Below are positions 54,501 through 63,294 of a stretch of DNA of 64,000 nucleotides, one piece after another. Position 1 is the first letter of the stretch. Every line of letters starts with the position of its first letter. The notes beneath the pieces were generated by a model. It had not been told where the DNA came from. It saw only the letters and a program-made list of their open reading frames with translations, and did not search any database. Both the position numbers and the translations under genes were made by a program. Source of the stretch: an uncultured Actinomycetota bacterium (GTDB lineage: Bacteria > Actinomycetota > Humimicrobiia > Humimicrobiales > Humimicrobiaceae); the NCBI GenBank assembly GCA_964610315.1, contig CAZSVM010000012.1, forward strand, positions 4,089-68,088, read 5' to 3'.

Positions 54501-55856
54501 ATCGAACCTTTCAGCCTGTTCTTCAAGAAATGAGCCGGTTCCGGCAGCGCAGACTTTATTCATCTCAAAATCGACAACCACTCCATTTTCCAGCGATATG
54601 AACTTGGAATCCTGCCCCCCGATTTCAAAAATGGTATCGACGGTACTGTCTATATCAGCGGCAGCTCTAGCCTGAGCAGTTATTTCATTTATGACAATAT
54701 CGGCACCCACAAAATCACCAATCAGGTATCTGCCCGAACCGGTAGTTCCCACACCCTTAACTCTAATTTTATTTCCTACTTCTTCTCCAATTATTCCGAC
54801 ACCCTTTCGCACCGCTTCCATGGGCCTTCCTGCCGTTCTCAAATAGACCTTTTCAATGAGCCTCTTATCTTTGTCTATGGCCACTACATTGGTGCTTATG
54901 GAACCGACATCGATACCGATATAGGCATCCACTTTTTCCTGGCCAAAATGGTACCGGTTAAGTTTTACCGGGGGAAGTTTTTGCTCCGCCAGGGTGAGAG
55001 GAGTAAATGTTTCACTTTTATATTTGAAATTCTTAAGGTATTCATCAAGTGCAGTAATCAAACTGGAAATATCCGGATTTTTTACTGCCGATCTTGAATT
55101 CAGGCTTAATACCGTTCCAACGGCACCTATGGATGCCCGGTGTTCGGGAATTATTAATTTTTCTCCCAGTACATCTTCAAAAGCCTTAATCATAGCCTGG
55201 TTAAAGGATACTCCGCCGCAAAAAACTATGGGGGCAGTAAACTTTTTCCCCTTAACGATCCCAGATTTGAAGCTGCGCGCCATTGCATAACACAGCCCCA
55301 GGATAATATCTTCATCACTTGCTGCTTCCTGCTGCAGGTGGATCATATCCGATTTTGCAAATACGCTGCATCTTCCGGCAATAGTGGATGGATTTTTTGA
55401 TTTTAATGCCACCCGGACAAATTCCTCTATGGTCAGACCAAACCGGGAAGCCTGCTGGTCAAGGAAAGAACCGGTGCCTGCGGCGCATAATTCGTTCATG
55501 GCATAATCACCGTAAGCAAGATCGATAAATTTGGAATCCTGGCCCCCGATTTCTATAACCGTTTTTGCATCAGAGTATAAAAATTTTATGGCACTGATTA
55601 TGGCTTCTATTTCATTTATAAATTCAAAACCAAGTATGGAGGCAATCTCTTTTCCACCGGAACCGGTAATACCTATACCACTTATTCTATCCCCGTATAC
55701 GCTTCCGGCTATCAGTTCCATATCTTTTTTCATTGATTTTACCGGTTCGCCGAAATGCCTGGTATAAGGAAGAATCTCTATTATTTCCTTTTTTTCATTG
55801 ATGATTGCTCTGTTGATACTTATTGACCCTATATCATAACCAATGTATAGCCCCAC
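51567..55856 (-). CDS. CoA-substrate-specific enzyme activase fusion: two BcrAD/BadFG/HgdC-type ATPase domains plus two HgdB/DUF2229-like domains
   Basis: 1429 aa; duplicated acetate/sugar-kinase-fold ATPase modules (IGYDIGSISINRA...EIGGQDSKFI and IGIDVGSISTNVV...EIGGQDSKFI), Cys cluster CNGCPNRCE...GGRCEKYE, long C-terminal dehydratase-component-like region. Confidence 0.8.
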   Translation of the reverse strand: MGLYIGYDIGSISINRAIINEKKEIIEILPYTRHFGEPVKSMKKDMELIAGSVYGDRISGIGITGSGGKEIASILGFEFINEIEAIISAIKFLYSDAKTVIEIGGQDSKFIDLAYGDYAMNELCAAGTGSFLDQQASRFGLTIEEFVRVALKSKNPSTIAGRCSVFAKSDMIHLQQEAASDEDIILGLCYAMARSFKSGIVKGKKFTAPIVFCGGVSFNQAMIKAFEDVLGEKLIIPEHRASIGAVGTVLSLNSRSAVKNPDISSLITALDEYLKNFKYKSETFTPLTLAEQKLPPVKLNRYHFGQEKVDAYIGIDVGSISTNVVAIDKDKRLIEKVYLRTAGRPMEAVRKGVGIIGEEVGNKIRVKGVGTTGSGRYLIGDFVGADIVINEITAQARAAADIDSTVDTIFEIGGQDSKFISLENGVVVDFEMNKVCAAGTGSFLEEQAERFDIKIEDFGDIALKAKNPLNLGERCTVFMETNVYSHYQKGAGIEDILAGLAYSIAMNYINRVVGRKKIGNKIFFQGAVAYNRSVIAAFKNYLGKEVIVPENHEVTGAIGTAITVLEGSCQNTKFRGFENISAVNYTHSSFECNGCPNRCEIKKVSIKGQAPLFYGGRCEKYEKGKSGGNDIPDYFAERENFLLNSYKPKDNKGAERVGIPYSMLTHEFYPFWSAFFSELGFDLILSDSTNKKIINDGLQYSVAETCFPMKTMLGHVQNLLEKGVDYLFLPTTRDMPTKENNIKGDRTGSYPCPFIQGAWSVVKSAMDTGEVKVLTPILNFSFREYIKEKQLTGLGKELGKDKKSIKKAIKEAYSAQNKFYRFIRNRGKEILDNLKDDEVAIVISSRSYNSCDRAVSMDVPKKLRELGFKVIPLDYLPVDSVDISKQWPNLYWEFGDRIMSAASIINRDERLYAVYITNFGCGPDSFILQYFEREMKRPFLKLEVDEHSAGAGVITRCEAFIDSLMNVKNKHDHLQEQVKSEKKDAVFKKSEGRKLYIPYMGDGAIVLKYAFKSAGIDAEMLYSDDETLKLGRRYTLGKECYPFIITTGDIIKTLEHNDPRKTAFLMAQTYGPCRFGQYNKMQKIIIRELGYQDVPIIAPGAPENNQFYREYDMEGLRGIILALKGMFGIFTVDYLNKMLRKTRPYEIKKGETDEIYRKYIEEVCRSIENDSTIRILNKMTGILKNARKDFEKISVKKVNKPLIGIVGEIFVRNHPYSNNEIIKEVEALGGEVEIPPFGEWPFHTTATRKIDIITKQTDLYYKIIKSFGMNGNGGENNGNYRKQRAELAGDFMRGIKFYVSNRILNKFLQYCHHRLEKPLEGFLREDREADIYQIWDNAEPYIIKWFGEAALSIGKSVDWIESGAHGIINVLPFTCIPGNLVNAVSKRIREKYKIPWLNLAFDGLEQETTETRLEAFMYQARQYMEKNKR

Positions 55857-56199
55857 CAGTAATCCACTTATCCCTTCTAAATTAATTTTGGCGTTAAATA
55901 AAATTAAGAAGCTTAATTTTTAAAAAGCACTATAATATATATACTACATCCTATCAAATAAAGACCAATTTAGGCCATTGATTTTATATGCTAACATAAT
56001 AGTTATAAACGTCAATAAAGCAGTTTTAGTTTCATATTTGTTTTTACGAGACTGCAGCTTTTTTTGGTTATAAACAGCAAAAAATTAAATTAGACAATTT
56101 CGTTTCATAAATTACAGGTTTTCACCCAAAATAAGCAACTTCTTATACAATATTAACATTTAATATGTTAAAATTATCTACGAATACGGTAGAGAAATT

Positions 56200-57036
56200 A
56201 TGGCAAAATTAAGCTACTTTAAAATTTTAATAATTTTTATTTTAATTATTTTCATAATCCCATTCATATCTTCCTGTGATCAGACTTTAATCGATATTTT
56301 TACCCAGATAAATGCCGATTATTCCGGAAGCCGGACCATTGATATAGCGGTAAAAACGGAATATATACAAAAGAGCGATATTATCCTGGGTCAGAATCAA
56401 TATCTGTACGATAAAATACTGGAAAGTCTCCCGGAAGGAGAATCCAAAACTTTCGAAGAAGGTGAATATACCCATTTCACCTCCACGGCTGAGTTTAAAG
56501 ATATAAATTTTCTCCAGCATATCTCCATAGACAATTTCTCCGAAATCCCTCCGGAAAGATTTTATGCCAAACTTGAAAAAGTCGATTATTTTTTTCACAG
56601 TGAATACTTCTTCGAAGATTATATAGACATGAAAATAGACGATACCCTGCTGGCCTCCTCGGATATAAATTCCGATTATAACCGAATAGCCGATCTGGCC
56701 AAAGCGGACAGTGACATTTTAAATATAACCTACCAGGTAAAATTCCCGGTAAAAATAACCAGCCATAATGCGGATATAATAGGGGAAGGTAACATTGCCA
56801 TATGGAACCTAAAATATGGCGATGAAAAGACCATATATATAGAAGGAAAGAAAACAAAACTGCTTACTTATTTCTTAATGGTGATTTTGGGCATTATAGT
56901 TCTCTTTATAATTTTTATAATTTTTATGATAATTTTCAGCTCCAGGAGAAGCAAAAGGCAGCCTCCCTATAGAAAACCTCTTTATTCTTATGACAATTAT
57001 TTCAAAAGAGATAAATATTTCAGAAACGATGACTAG
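56200..57036 (+). CDS. Putative lipoprotein with C-terminal TM anchor and basic cytoplasmic tail, function unknown
   Basis: Signal peptide with lipobox-like FISSC, ~190-aa acidic extracytoplasmic domain, C-terminal TM (LLTYFLMVILGIIVLFIIFIIFMIIF) then RRSKRQPPYRK tail. Confidence 0.5.
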   Translation: MAKLSYFKILIIFILIIFIIPFISSCDQTLIDIFTQINADYSGSRTIDIAVKTEYIQKSDIILGQNQYLYDKILESLPEGESKTFEEGEYTHFTSTAEFKDINFLQHISIDNFSEIPPERFYAKLEKVDYFFHSEYFFEDYIDMKIDDTLLASSDINSDYNRIADLAKADSDILNITYQVKFPVKITSHNADIIGEGNIAIWNLKYGDEKTIYIEGKKTKLLTYFLMVILGIIVLFIIFIIFMIIFSSRRSKRQPPYRKPLYSYDNYFKRDKYFRNDD

Positions 57037-57067
57037 TAAAAGGGAGAGCGGGAAGAACCGGGTGAAA

Positions 57068-57619
57068 ATGAAAAGCAGCACTTTTGAATTATCCACACCC
57101 CTCACCGAAGAAAAAATTAAAAAATTAAAAGCGGGAGATATTGTTTATTTAAGCGGTACCATACTGGGAGCCAGAGATGCCGCCCATAAAAGATTTGTGG
57201 AAACTATTAATTCCCGCCAAAAACTGCCTGTCGATTTAAAAAACAGTACCATATTTTATGTGGGCCCGTCGCCAACCCCTCCCGGTAAAAAAAGCGGAAG
57301 TATCGGCCCCACCACCAGTGCCCGAATGGATAACTTAACCGAACCGCTTTTAAAGCAAGGCCTTAAGGTAATGATAGGAAAAGGCACAAGGAGTGACCGG
57401 ATAAAGGAACTTTTAAAAAAATATAAATCTGTTTATCTGGTACTGGTAGGCGGTATTTCCGCTTATCTTTCCACCAAAGTTAAAAATATAAAACCCATTG
57501 CTTACCAGGATCTGGGAGCGGAAGCGGTTTATGAGATTGAAGTAGAAAATTTACCCTTATTCGTGGCTTATGATATTTACGGCGTAGATATTTTTGAGTC
57601 CGCTCTTCTGGTGGAATGA
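57068..57619 (+). CDS. fumB: Fumarate hydratase class I / L(+)-tartrate dehydratase beta subunit
   Basis: Fe-S hydro-lyase beta-subunit sequence (KAGDIVYLSGTILGARDAAHKRF...); ORF track starts at 56990, but M at 57068 follows a GGGAAG/GGTGA RBS and avoids overlap with the upstream gene. Confidence 0.8.
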   Translation: MKSSTFELSTPLTEEKIKKLKAGDIVYLSGTILGARDAAHKRFVETINSRQKLPVDLKNSTIFYVGPSPTPPGKKSGSIGPTTSARMDNLTEPLLKQGLKVMIGKGTRSDRIKELLKKYKSVYLVLVGGISAYLSTKVKNIKPIAYQDLGAEAVYEIEVENLPLFVAYDIYGVDIFESALLVE

Positions 57620-58434
57620 CAGCCCATGAAAACTGCCAGCGGAAGCGAAGCCATGTGACAGGGTTCATATTCGATATTGCAGGCCAGAGCAGTGGTTCTT
57701 CCGCCCAGACCCTGCGGCCCTATCCCGGTTTTATTTACTGCATGCAGTATTTTTTCTTCCAATTTTTCATATCTTTTATCGGGATTTCTCTTTTTTAGAT
57801 TTCTAAAGGCGGCTATCCTTGCCAGTTCGGTCACTTCGGAAGAAGACCCTCCTATTCCGATGCCTAATATTACCGGAGGGCAGCATCTGGTAACCTCTTT
57901 TTTGACCCTGTCCAGAATAAGTTCTATTATTTCACCCTCTCCGGCCAAGGGATTAAGCATATAAAGATAGGAACAATTTTCACTTCCTCCTCCCTTTAAA
58001 GCGACTTTGAGGTGAAGATCAGGGTTCGGGGTAAAATTTAGGTGAATCAGTGCCGGGGTATTTCCGGAAGTATTTTTTCTCTCGTATAAGGGGTCGGAAA
58101 CAACCGATTTTCTTAAGTAACTGCTGTTATAAGTATCTGCCACTGTCTGATCCAATATCCGATTTAAATTCCCGCTTTCTTCTATACAGATATCCCTTCC
58201 AATATCCATATCGATATAAACCAGGCCGCAATCCTGACAGAGGGGGAGATTTTGTTCCCTGGCAACTCCGGCATTTTCCAGAATAAGTTCCAAAATCTTT
58301 CTTGGTCTGGGGCTGGTTTCTTTGTTGACAGCATCTTTTACGGCTTCCATAATGTCATCGGGAAGATTGAAGCTGGCTTCAATCAGAAGCCTCCTGATTT
58401 CCTCTGCTATAGTTGTAATTTTTATATTTCTCAT
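57577..58434 (-). CDS. fumA: Fumarate hydratase class I / L(+)-tartrate dehydratase alpha subunit
   Basis: Fe-S hydro-lyase alpha-subunit sequence with cluster-ligand motif LPLCQDCG; 285 aa; 3' end overlaps 3' end of the beta gene on the opposite strand; start overlaps topoisomerase 3' end, so the true start may be internal. Confidence 0.85.
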   Translation of the reverse strand: MRNIKITTIAEEIRRLLIEASFNLPDDIMEAVKDAVNKETSPRPRKILELILENAGVAREQNLPLCQDCGLVYIDMDIGRDICIEESGNLNRILDQTVADTYNSSYLRKSVVSDPLYERKNTSGNTPALIHLNFTPNPDLHLKVALKGGGSENCSYLYMLNPLAGEGEIIELILDRVKKEVTRCCPPVILGIGIGGSSSEVTELARIAAFRNLKKRNPDKRYEKLEEKILHAVNKTGIGPQGLGGRTTALACNIEYEPCHMASLPLAVFMGCHSTRRADSKISTP

Positions 58435-60451
58435 TTTTTCCAGGACAATCCGGATTTATACATAAATCCCAGGGTTTTCTTCCCTTATTTATAATTTTAA
58501 CCACCGGATAATTACAATGTTTGCACTCTTCCCTGGTGGTAACCAGTAAGCCCTTCTGAGGGAGGGAAAATGTGGTTTTGCACTCAGGGTAAGCATTGCA
58601 CCCTACAAATCTCTTTCTGGTCTTTCTTGAAGTTCTGACCATTAAATCCCCATTACAATTTTCAGCCGGGCATTTACCCACCATTAAATCTTCTCTTATC
58701 CCTTTTTTTATCTCCTGGGATATCTCTTCTTTCTCATTTTGAAGATTAGCCATAATATCCTTCAACATTTTTCTGGATCTGTCCACTACATCTTCTTTGG
58801 TTTCATCTCCGCTTACAATACCGTCCATATACATTTCCAGCTCCGAGGTCATATCCGGAGAGGATATTTTCTGGGCATGCTTCTTAAGCATCTTAACCAC
58901 GGCAATAGCTTTCTCGCTGGGACAGAGAGGATTCCCGTTAATATAACCCCTCTGAAACAAATTCTGTATAATGGTATGGCGGGTTGCTTTGGTTCCCAGA
59001 CCCAGTTCTTCCATTTTTTCAACCAGTTTACCCTGGGTGTATCTGGTAGGAGGTTTGGTCTCCTTGTCCAGTAAATCCCTGGAAGTAACCTTAAGGATCT
59101 GATTCTCTTCAAGTTGGGGAACATAAACATCTTTAAATTTATAATAGGGATAAAACTCCATCCAGTTGGCTTCTATAATATTGGAACCGTTGGCAATAAA
59201 GGGCTCTCCGTTTATGTCAATATAGGCGGTTATATTTTTAACTCTGGCCGGGGGCAGCAGGGTGCATATAAACCTTCTTACGATTAAATCGTAAAGTTTC
59301 CATTCATCACTACTAAAGTTATTTCTCTCCGCAACCGACGTAGGGTAAATGGGAGGATGATCGGTTGATCTTTTTTTACCGCGGCTGGCCACTATATTCT
59401 TCTGGGCAAGTACCTTTCCACACATGTGGCTGAACTCACCGGAAGTACCCAGCATTCTTACAATTTCTTTTAAATCGATAGAGGAAGGATAAACCGTATT
59501 ATCGGTACGGGGATAACTTATATAACCATTCATATACAGATTTTCGGCAATACTGATAGTTTTTGAGGCGGTAAAACCTATGGAGCTCCCGCTCATTATA
59601 AGGGCGGTGGTGTTGAAAGGAGCAAGAGGTTTTATATCTCTTATATTTTCACTTACTTTCAGTACAACTCCTTTATCTCCCAGTTTTATATATACAGCCC
59701 GCGCGTCTTCTTTTTTGAGGAATTTTTTTGTTTTATGACTGGCTTCGAATTCCTCACCCGATTCGGTCATAAGTTTTACACTTACCACCCAGTAAGGAGT
59801 GGGAACGAATGATTTTATCTTCAACTCCCGGTCAACAATAAGAGTAAGAGTAGGGGTTTGTACCCTTCCCACCGAGAGGAATTTATCTTTGACCTGATAA
59901 GTAGCCAGGGATATGAAACGGGTTAGTGTGGCTCCCCATATCAAGTCTATATCCTGCCGGGCTCTTCCGGCAAAAGCCAGGTTTAAATCGACTTTACCCG
60001 GTTTTGAAAACGCCTGGTTTATATCTTTAGGAGTAATTGCCGAAAACCTTGCTCTTCTGGCAGCAACCAGTACATTAATTTCTTTTACCAGCTGCATGGC
60101 ATCATAGCCAATCAGCTCGCCTTCCCGGTCATAGTCCGTAGCTATGATAATCTCACCGGCATTACCGGAAACTTTTTTAAGGGCATGGATTATTCTCTTA
60201 TGAATGGGAACTTTTTCTATTTGGGCATCAATAAGTTCAACAGGATCCACCTTGAACCAGTTTGCATATTCTTTTGGATAATCTACTTTCAGTATATGGC
60301 CCTTCAGTCCCATTACTTTATAATCCTCATTATTGAGCTTAAAACTATAGACGGGAACCCCATATACCTTTTCCTCGCCCACACCATTGCCGGAAAGTAT
60401 TCTGGCGATCCTTTTGGCGGCTATTTCTTTTTCGCTTATAATCAGCTTCAA
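58379..60451 (-). CDS. Type IA DNA topoisomerase with C-terminal zinc ribbons
   Basis: Toprim N-terminus (MKLIISEKEIAAKRIA), active-site region GYISYPRTDN, two C4 zinc-ribbon motifs near the C-terminus; 690 aa. Confidence 0.85.
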   Translation of the reverse strand: MKLIISEKEIAAKRIARILSGNGVGEEKVYGVPVYSFKLNNEDYKVMGLKGHILKVDYPKEYANWFKVDPVELIDAQIEKVPIHKRIIHALKKVSGNAGEIIIATDYDREGELIGYDAMQLVKEINVLVAARRARFSAITPKDINQAFSKPGKVDLNLAFAGRARQDIDLIWGATLTRFISLATYQVKDKFLSVGRVQTPTLTLIVDRELKIKSFVPTPYWVVSVKLMTESGEEFEASHKTKKFLKKEDARAVYIKLGDKGVVLKVSENIRDIKPLAPFNTTALIMSGSSIGFTASKTISIAENLYMNGYISYPRTDNTVYPSSIDLKEIVRMLGTSGEFSHMCGKVLAQKNIVASRGKKRSTDHPPIYPTSVAERNNFSSDEWKLYDLIVRRFICTLLPPARVKNITAYIDINGEPFIANGSNIIEANWMEFYPYYKFKDVYVPQLEENQILKVTSRDLLDKETKPPTRYTQGKLVEKMEELGLGTKATRHTIIQNLFQRGYINGNPLCPSEKAIAVVKMLKKHAQKISSPDMTSELEMYMDGIVSGDETKEDVVDRSRKMLKDIMANLQNEKEEISQEIKKGIREDLMVGKCPAENCNGDLMVRTSRKTRKRFVGCNAYPECKTTFSLPQKGLLVTTREECKHCNYPVVKIINKGRKPWDLCINPDCPGKNEKYKNYNYSRGNQEASD

Positions 60452-60695
60452 TAAATTATCCCTGTTGAAATAAGAAAGTATTTTAAATTCTAATTCAATT
60501 TATCTGAATTTGAAATAATAACATTAAAAGAAAAATAAATAAATCTTTCCCTGCATTCGAATGTTATTTTTTAACTGCCTGCCAATAGATAGAAAAACCT
60601 ATCCTTCCCTTAAGCTGAAGCAAAGTGCTTGTTTTAATTTTACAAATGTTGTTTTAAAATAACTAAAACGCTTTCGATAGCCAAGGGAAAAGATT

Positions 60696-61610
60696 ATGAA
60701 CTCAAACATAGAAATTTTAAGCAGCATAATAAAACTTAAAGCAGAAAAGGATGCCGTCATACTGGCCCATAATTATCAAATAGGCGAAGTCCAGGATATT
60801 GCCGATTTTGTGGGGGATTCCCTTCAATTAAGTGTGCAGGCATCAAAAACCGGAAAAAAAATCATAGTTTTCTGCGGGGTTCATTTTATGGCTGAAACTG
60901 CCAAAATTTTATCTCCCCCAAAAAAAGTCCTTCTTCCCGATAGAAACAGCGGTTGTCCCATGGCCGACATGATAAATGCAACCCAGCTTAAAAAATTGAA
61001 AGATAAACACCCCGGCGCGATAGTGGTTTGCTATGTTAACTCATCTGCCGAAGTAAAAGCCTCAAGCGATATTTGCTGTACATCCTCCAATGCAGTAAAA
61101 GTAGTAAAATCTATCCCTAAAAAAAAGGAAGTAATATTTATACCGGATAAATATCTGGGAAGTTACGTGCAGAGTCAGACCGGCAGAGAACTTATATTAT
61201 GGAACGGATACTGTCCCACTCACGTTATGATTAATGTCAAAGATATCATCCAGCTTAAAAAAGTGCACCTGGATGCGGTAGTTATAGTACATCCCGAATG
61301 CACACCGGAAGTAATTGATATCGCCGATAAAGTAGCTTCAACCGGAGGAATGCTGGCATACGTGAAAAATAGCAAAAAAAAGAATTTTATAATCGGAACG
61401 GAAATCGGAATAATATACAGATTAAAAAAAGAAAATCCGGATAAAACTTTCTACCCGGCTTCTGGTAATGCCATATGCCCCAACATGAAACTTATAAATA
61501 TAGAAAAAATACTGTGGTCACTGGAAGACGAGAAATATGAAATAAAAGTTCCGGATGAAATAATCAGGAAGGCAAAAAAAGCTATCGACAGAATGATAGC
61601 CATAAAATAA
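60696..61610 (+). CDS. nadA: Quinolinate synthase
   Basis: 304 aa NadA sequence; first gene of nadA-nadB-nadC. Confidence 0.9.
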   Translation: MNSNIEILSSIIKLKAEKDAVILAHNYQIGEVQDIADFVGDSLQLSVQASKTGKKIIVFCGVHFMAETAKILSPPKKVLLPDRNSGCPMADMINATQLKKLKDKHPGAIVVCYVNSSAEVKASSDICCTSSNAVKVVKSIPKKKEVIFIPDKYLGSYVQSQTGRELILWNGYCPTHVMINVKDIIQLKKVHLDAVVIVHPECTPEVIDIADKVASTGGMLAYVKNSKKKNFIIGTEIGIIYRLKKENPDKTFYPASGNAICPNMKLINIEKILWSLEDEKYEIKVPDEIIRKAKKAIDRMIAIK

Positions 61611-61613
61611 AAT

Positions 61614-63245
61614 ATGTTACCAAGATATTTGATAAACCCATCATTTTCTCAGAAAATCCATAAATATTCTGATTGTATTATCGTGGGCAGCGGAATAGCC
61701 GGCCTCTCCACCGCAATGAGGCTGGCAGAAAAGAATAATATAAAAGTGATTACCAAGAGTTCCCTTTCCGAGTCAACCACCTGGTATGCACAGGGAGGTA
61801 TTGCCGCCGCCATCAAAAAACCCGATTTCTGGAAATACCACTACCAGGATACCATAACCGCCGGCCAGGGTTTGTGCGACCGGAAAGCAGTAGAAATCCT
61901 GGTTAAAACCGCCCCCAAAATGATAGAGGATCTTATAGAGATAGGTACCAATTTCGATATCTCCGAAGGTGAAATCAGCCTCACTACCGAAGGGGGGCAC
62001 AGTTTTCCCCGGATACTTCATGCCGGAGGAGACGCCACCGGAGAAGAACTTGAAAAAAAATTGGTTTCTTTTTCAAAAGGTTTAAGAAAGATAAATCTTC
62101 TTCCCGAATATTTTGTCCTGGATGTACTTGTTTATAAAAACAGTTGTGCCGGTATCATGGGTATGGATTTAAAGACCGGCAGGGTTGAAATACATCCAAC
62201 CTCCAATATTGTCATTGCCAGCGGCGGAATAGGGCAAATTTATGATCTCTCCACAAACCCTTCCATATCCACCGGCGACGGCATTGCTATGGCCTACAGA
62301 GCGGGAGCCTGTATTATGGATGTAGAATTCATTCAGTTCCATCCTACCGTATTTAAGACAAAGGATTCAAAATTATTTCTAATAAGTGAAGCTCTGAGGG
62401 GCGAAGGGGCCTATCTAAAAGATTGCCGCGGAAACCGGTTTATGGTGGGAAAACATCCCAAAGCGGAACTTGCTCCCCGGGATATTGTGGTAAAAGAAAT
62501 GATAAGAGTAATGGACCAGTGCGGCTCCGACTATGTTTACCTGGATGCCACCCACATACCGGAAGGTTACCTTAAAATACGTTTTCCCAATATAATTTCG
62601 AAACTTAAGGAAAACGAACTGGACTTAAAGAAAGATTTAATCAAGGTATCACCGGCAGAACATTACCTTAACGGAGGAATCAGAACCGATTACGACGGAA
62701 GGACCAATATAAAAGGTCTGTACAGCTGCGGTGAGGCAGCAGCAACCGGAGCGCACGGAGCAAACAGGCTAGCCAGTAATTCCCTTATGGAAGGCCTAGT
62801 ATACGGGTGGAAAATCTATAAGGATATAGAAAAGAAATTAAATCAAAAAAGCAAAAGATACCAAAGTGAAGTAAACGAAGGTATAAAGAGTATCCTGGGT
62901 GAAGTGGAAACGGAAAAAATAAAAACGGGCAGGCCAGGCCATAAGAAGCCGGATGTAAACACCCTTATTTCGAAATTGAGAAATATCATGACCAAAAAAG
63001 TGGGCATATTGAGGGATGCAAAAAGCTTAAAGGAAGCGGAAGAATTTGTGAACCTTTATATAGATAATAAGTATCTTTACAATAAAAAAGATAAGAATAC
63101 TCTGGAATTTATAAATATGCTGACCGTAGCCGGCCTCATAATAAAAGCGGCCAATCTGAGGAAAGAAAGCAGAGGCACACATCAGAGAAACGACTTTCCC
63201 AAAAAAGATGACCGGAACTGGAAAAAACATATAATACTAAAGTAA
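61614..63245 (+). CDS. nadB: L-aspartate oxidase
   Basis: FAD-binding GSGIAGLS N-terminus, succinate dehydrogenase/fumarate reductase flavoprotein fold, 543 aa. Confidence 0.9.
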   Translation: MLPRYLINPSFSQKIHKYSDCIIVGSGIAGLSTAMRLAEKNNIKVITKSSLSESTTWYAQGGIAAAIKKPDFWKYHYQDTITAGQGLCDRKAVEILVKTAPKMIEDLIEIGTNFDISEGEISLTTEGGHSFPRILHAGGDATGEELEKKLVSFSKGLRKINLLPEYFVLDVLVYKNSCAGIMGMDLKTGRVEIHPTSNIVIASGGIGQIYDLSTNPSISTGDGIAMAYRAGACIMDVEFIQFHPTVFKTKDSKLFLISEALRGEGAYLKDCRGNRFMVGKHPKAELAPRDIVVKEMIRVMDQCGSDYVYLDATHIPEGYLKIRFPNIISKLKENELDLKKDLIKVSPAEHYLNGGIRTDYDGRTNIKGLYSCGEAAATGAHGANRLASNSLMEGLVYGWKIYKDIEKKLNQKSKRYQSEVNEGIKSILGEVETEKIKTGRPGHKKPDVNTLISKLRNIMTKKVGILRDAKSLKEAEEFVNLYIDNKYLYNKKDKNTLEFINMLTVAGLIIKAANLRKESRGTHQRNDFPKKDDRNWKKHIILK

Positions 63246-63294
63246 GATAAAGTTTGTTTCGAGAATGTTTAAAAATGTGAAGATGAGAGTAAAT

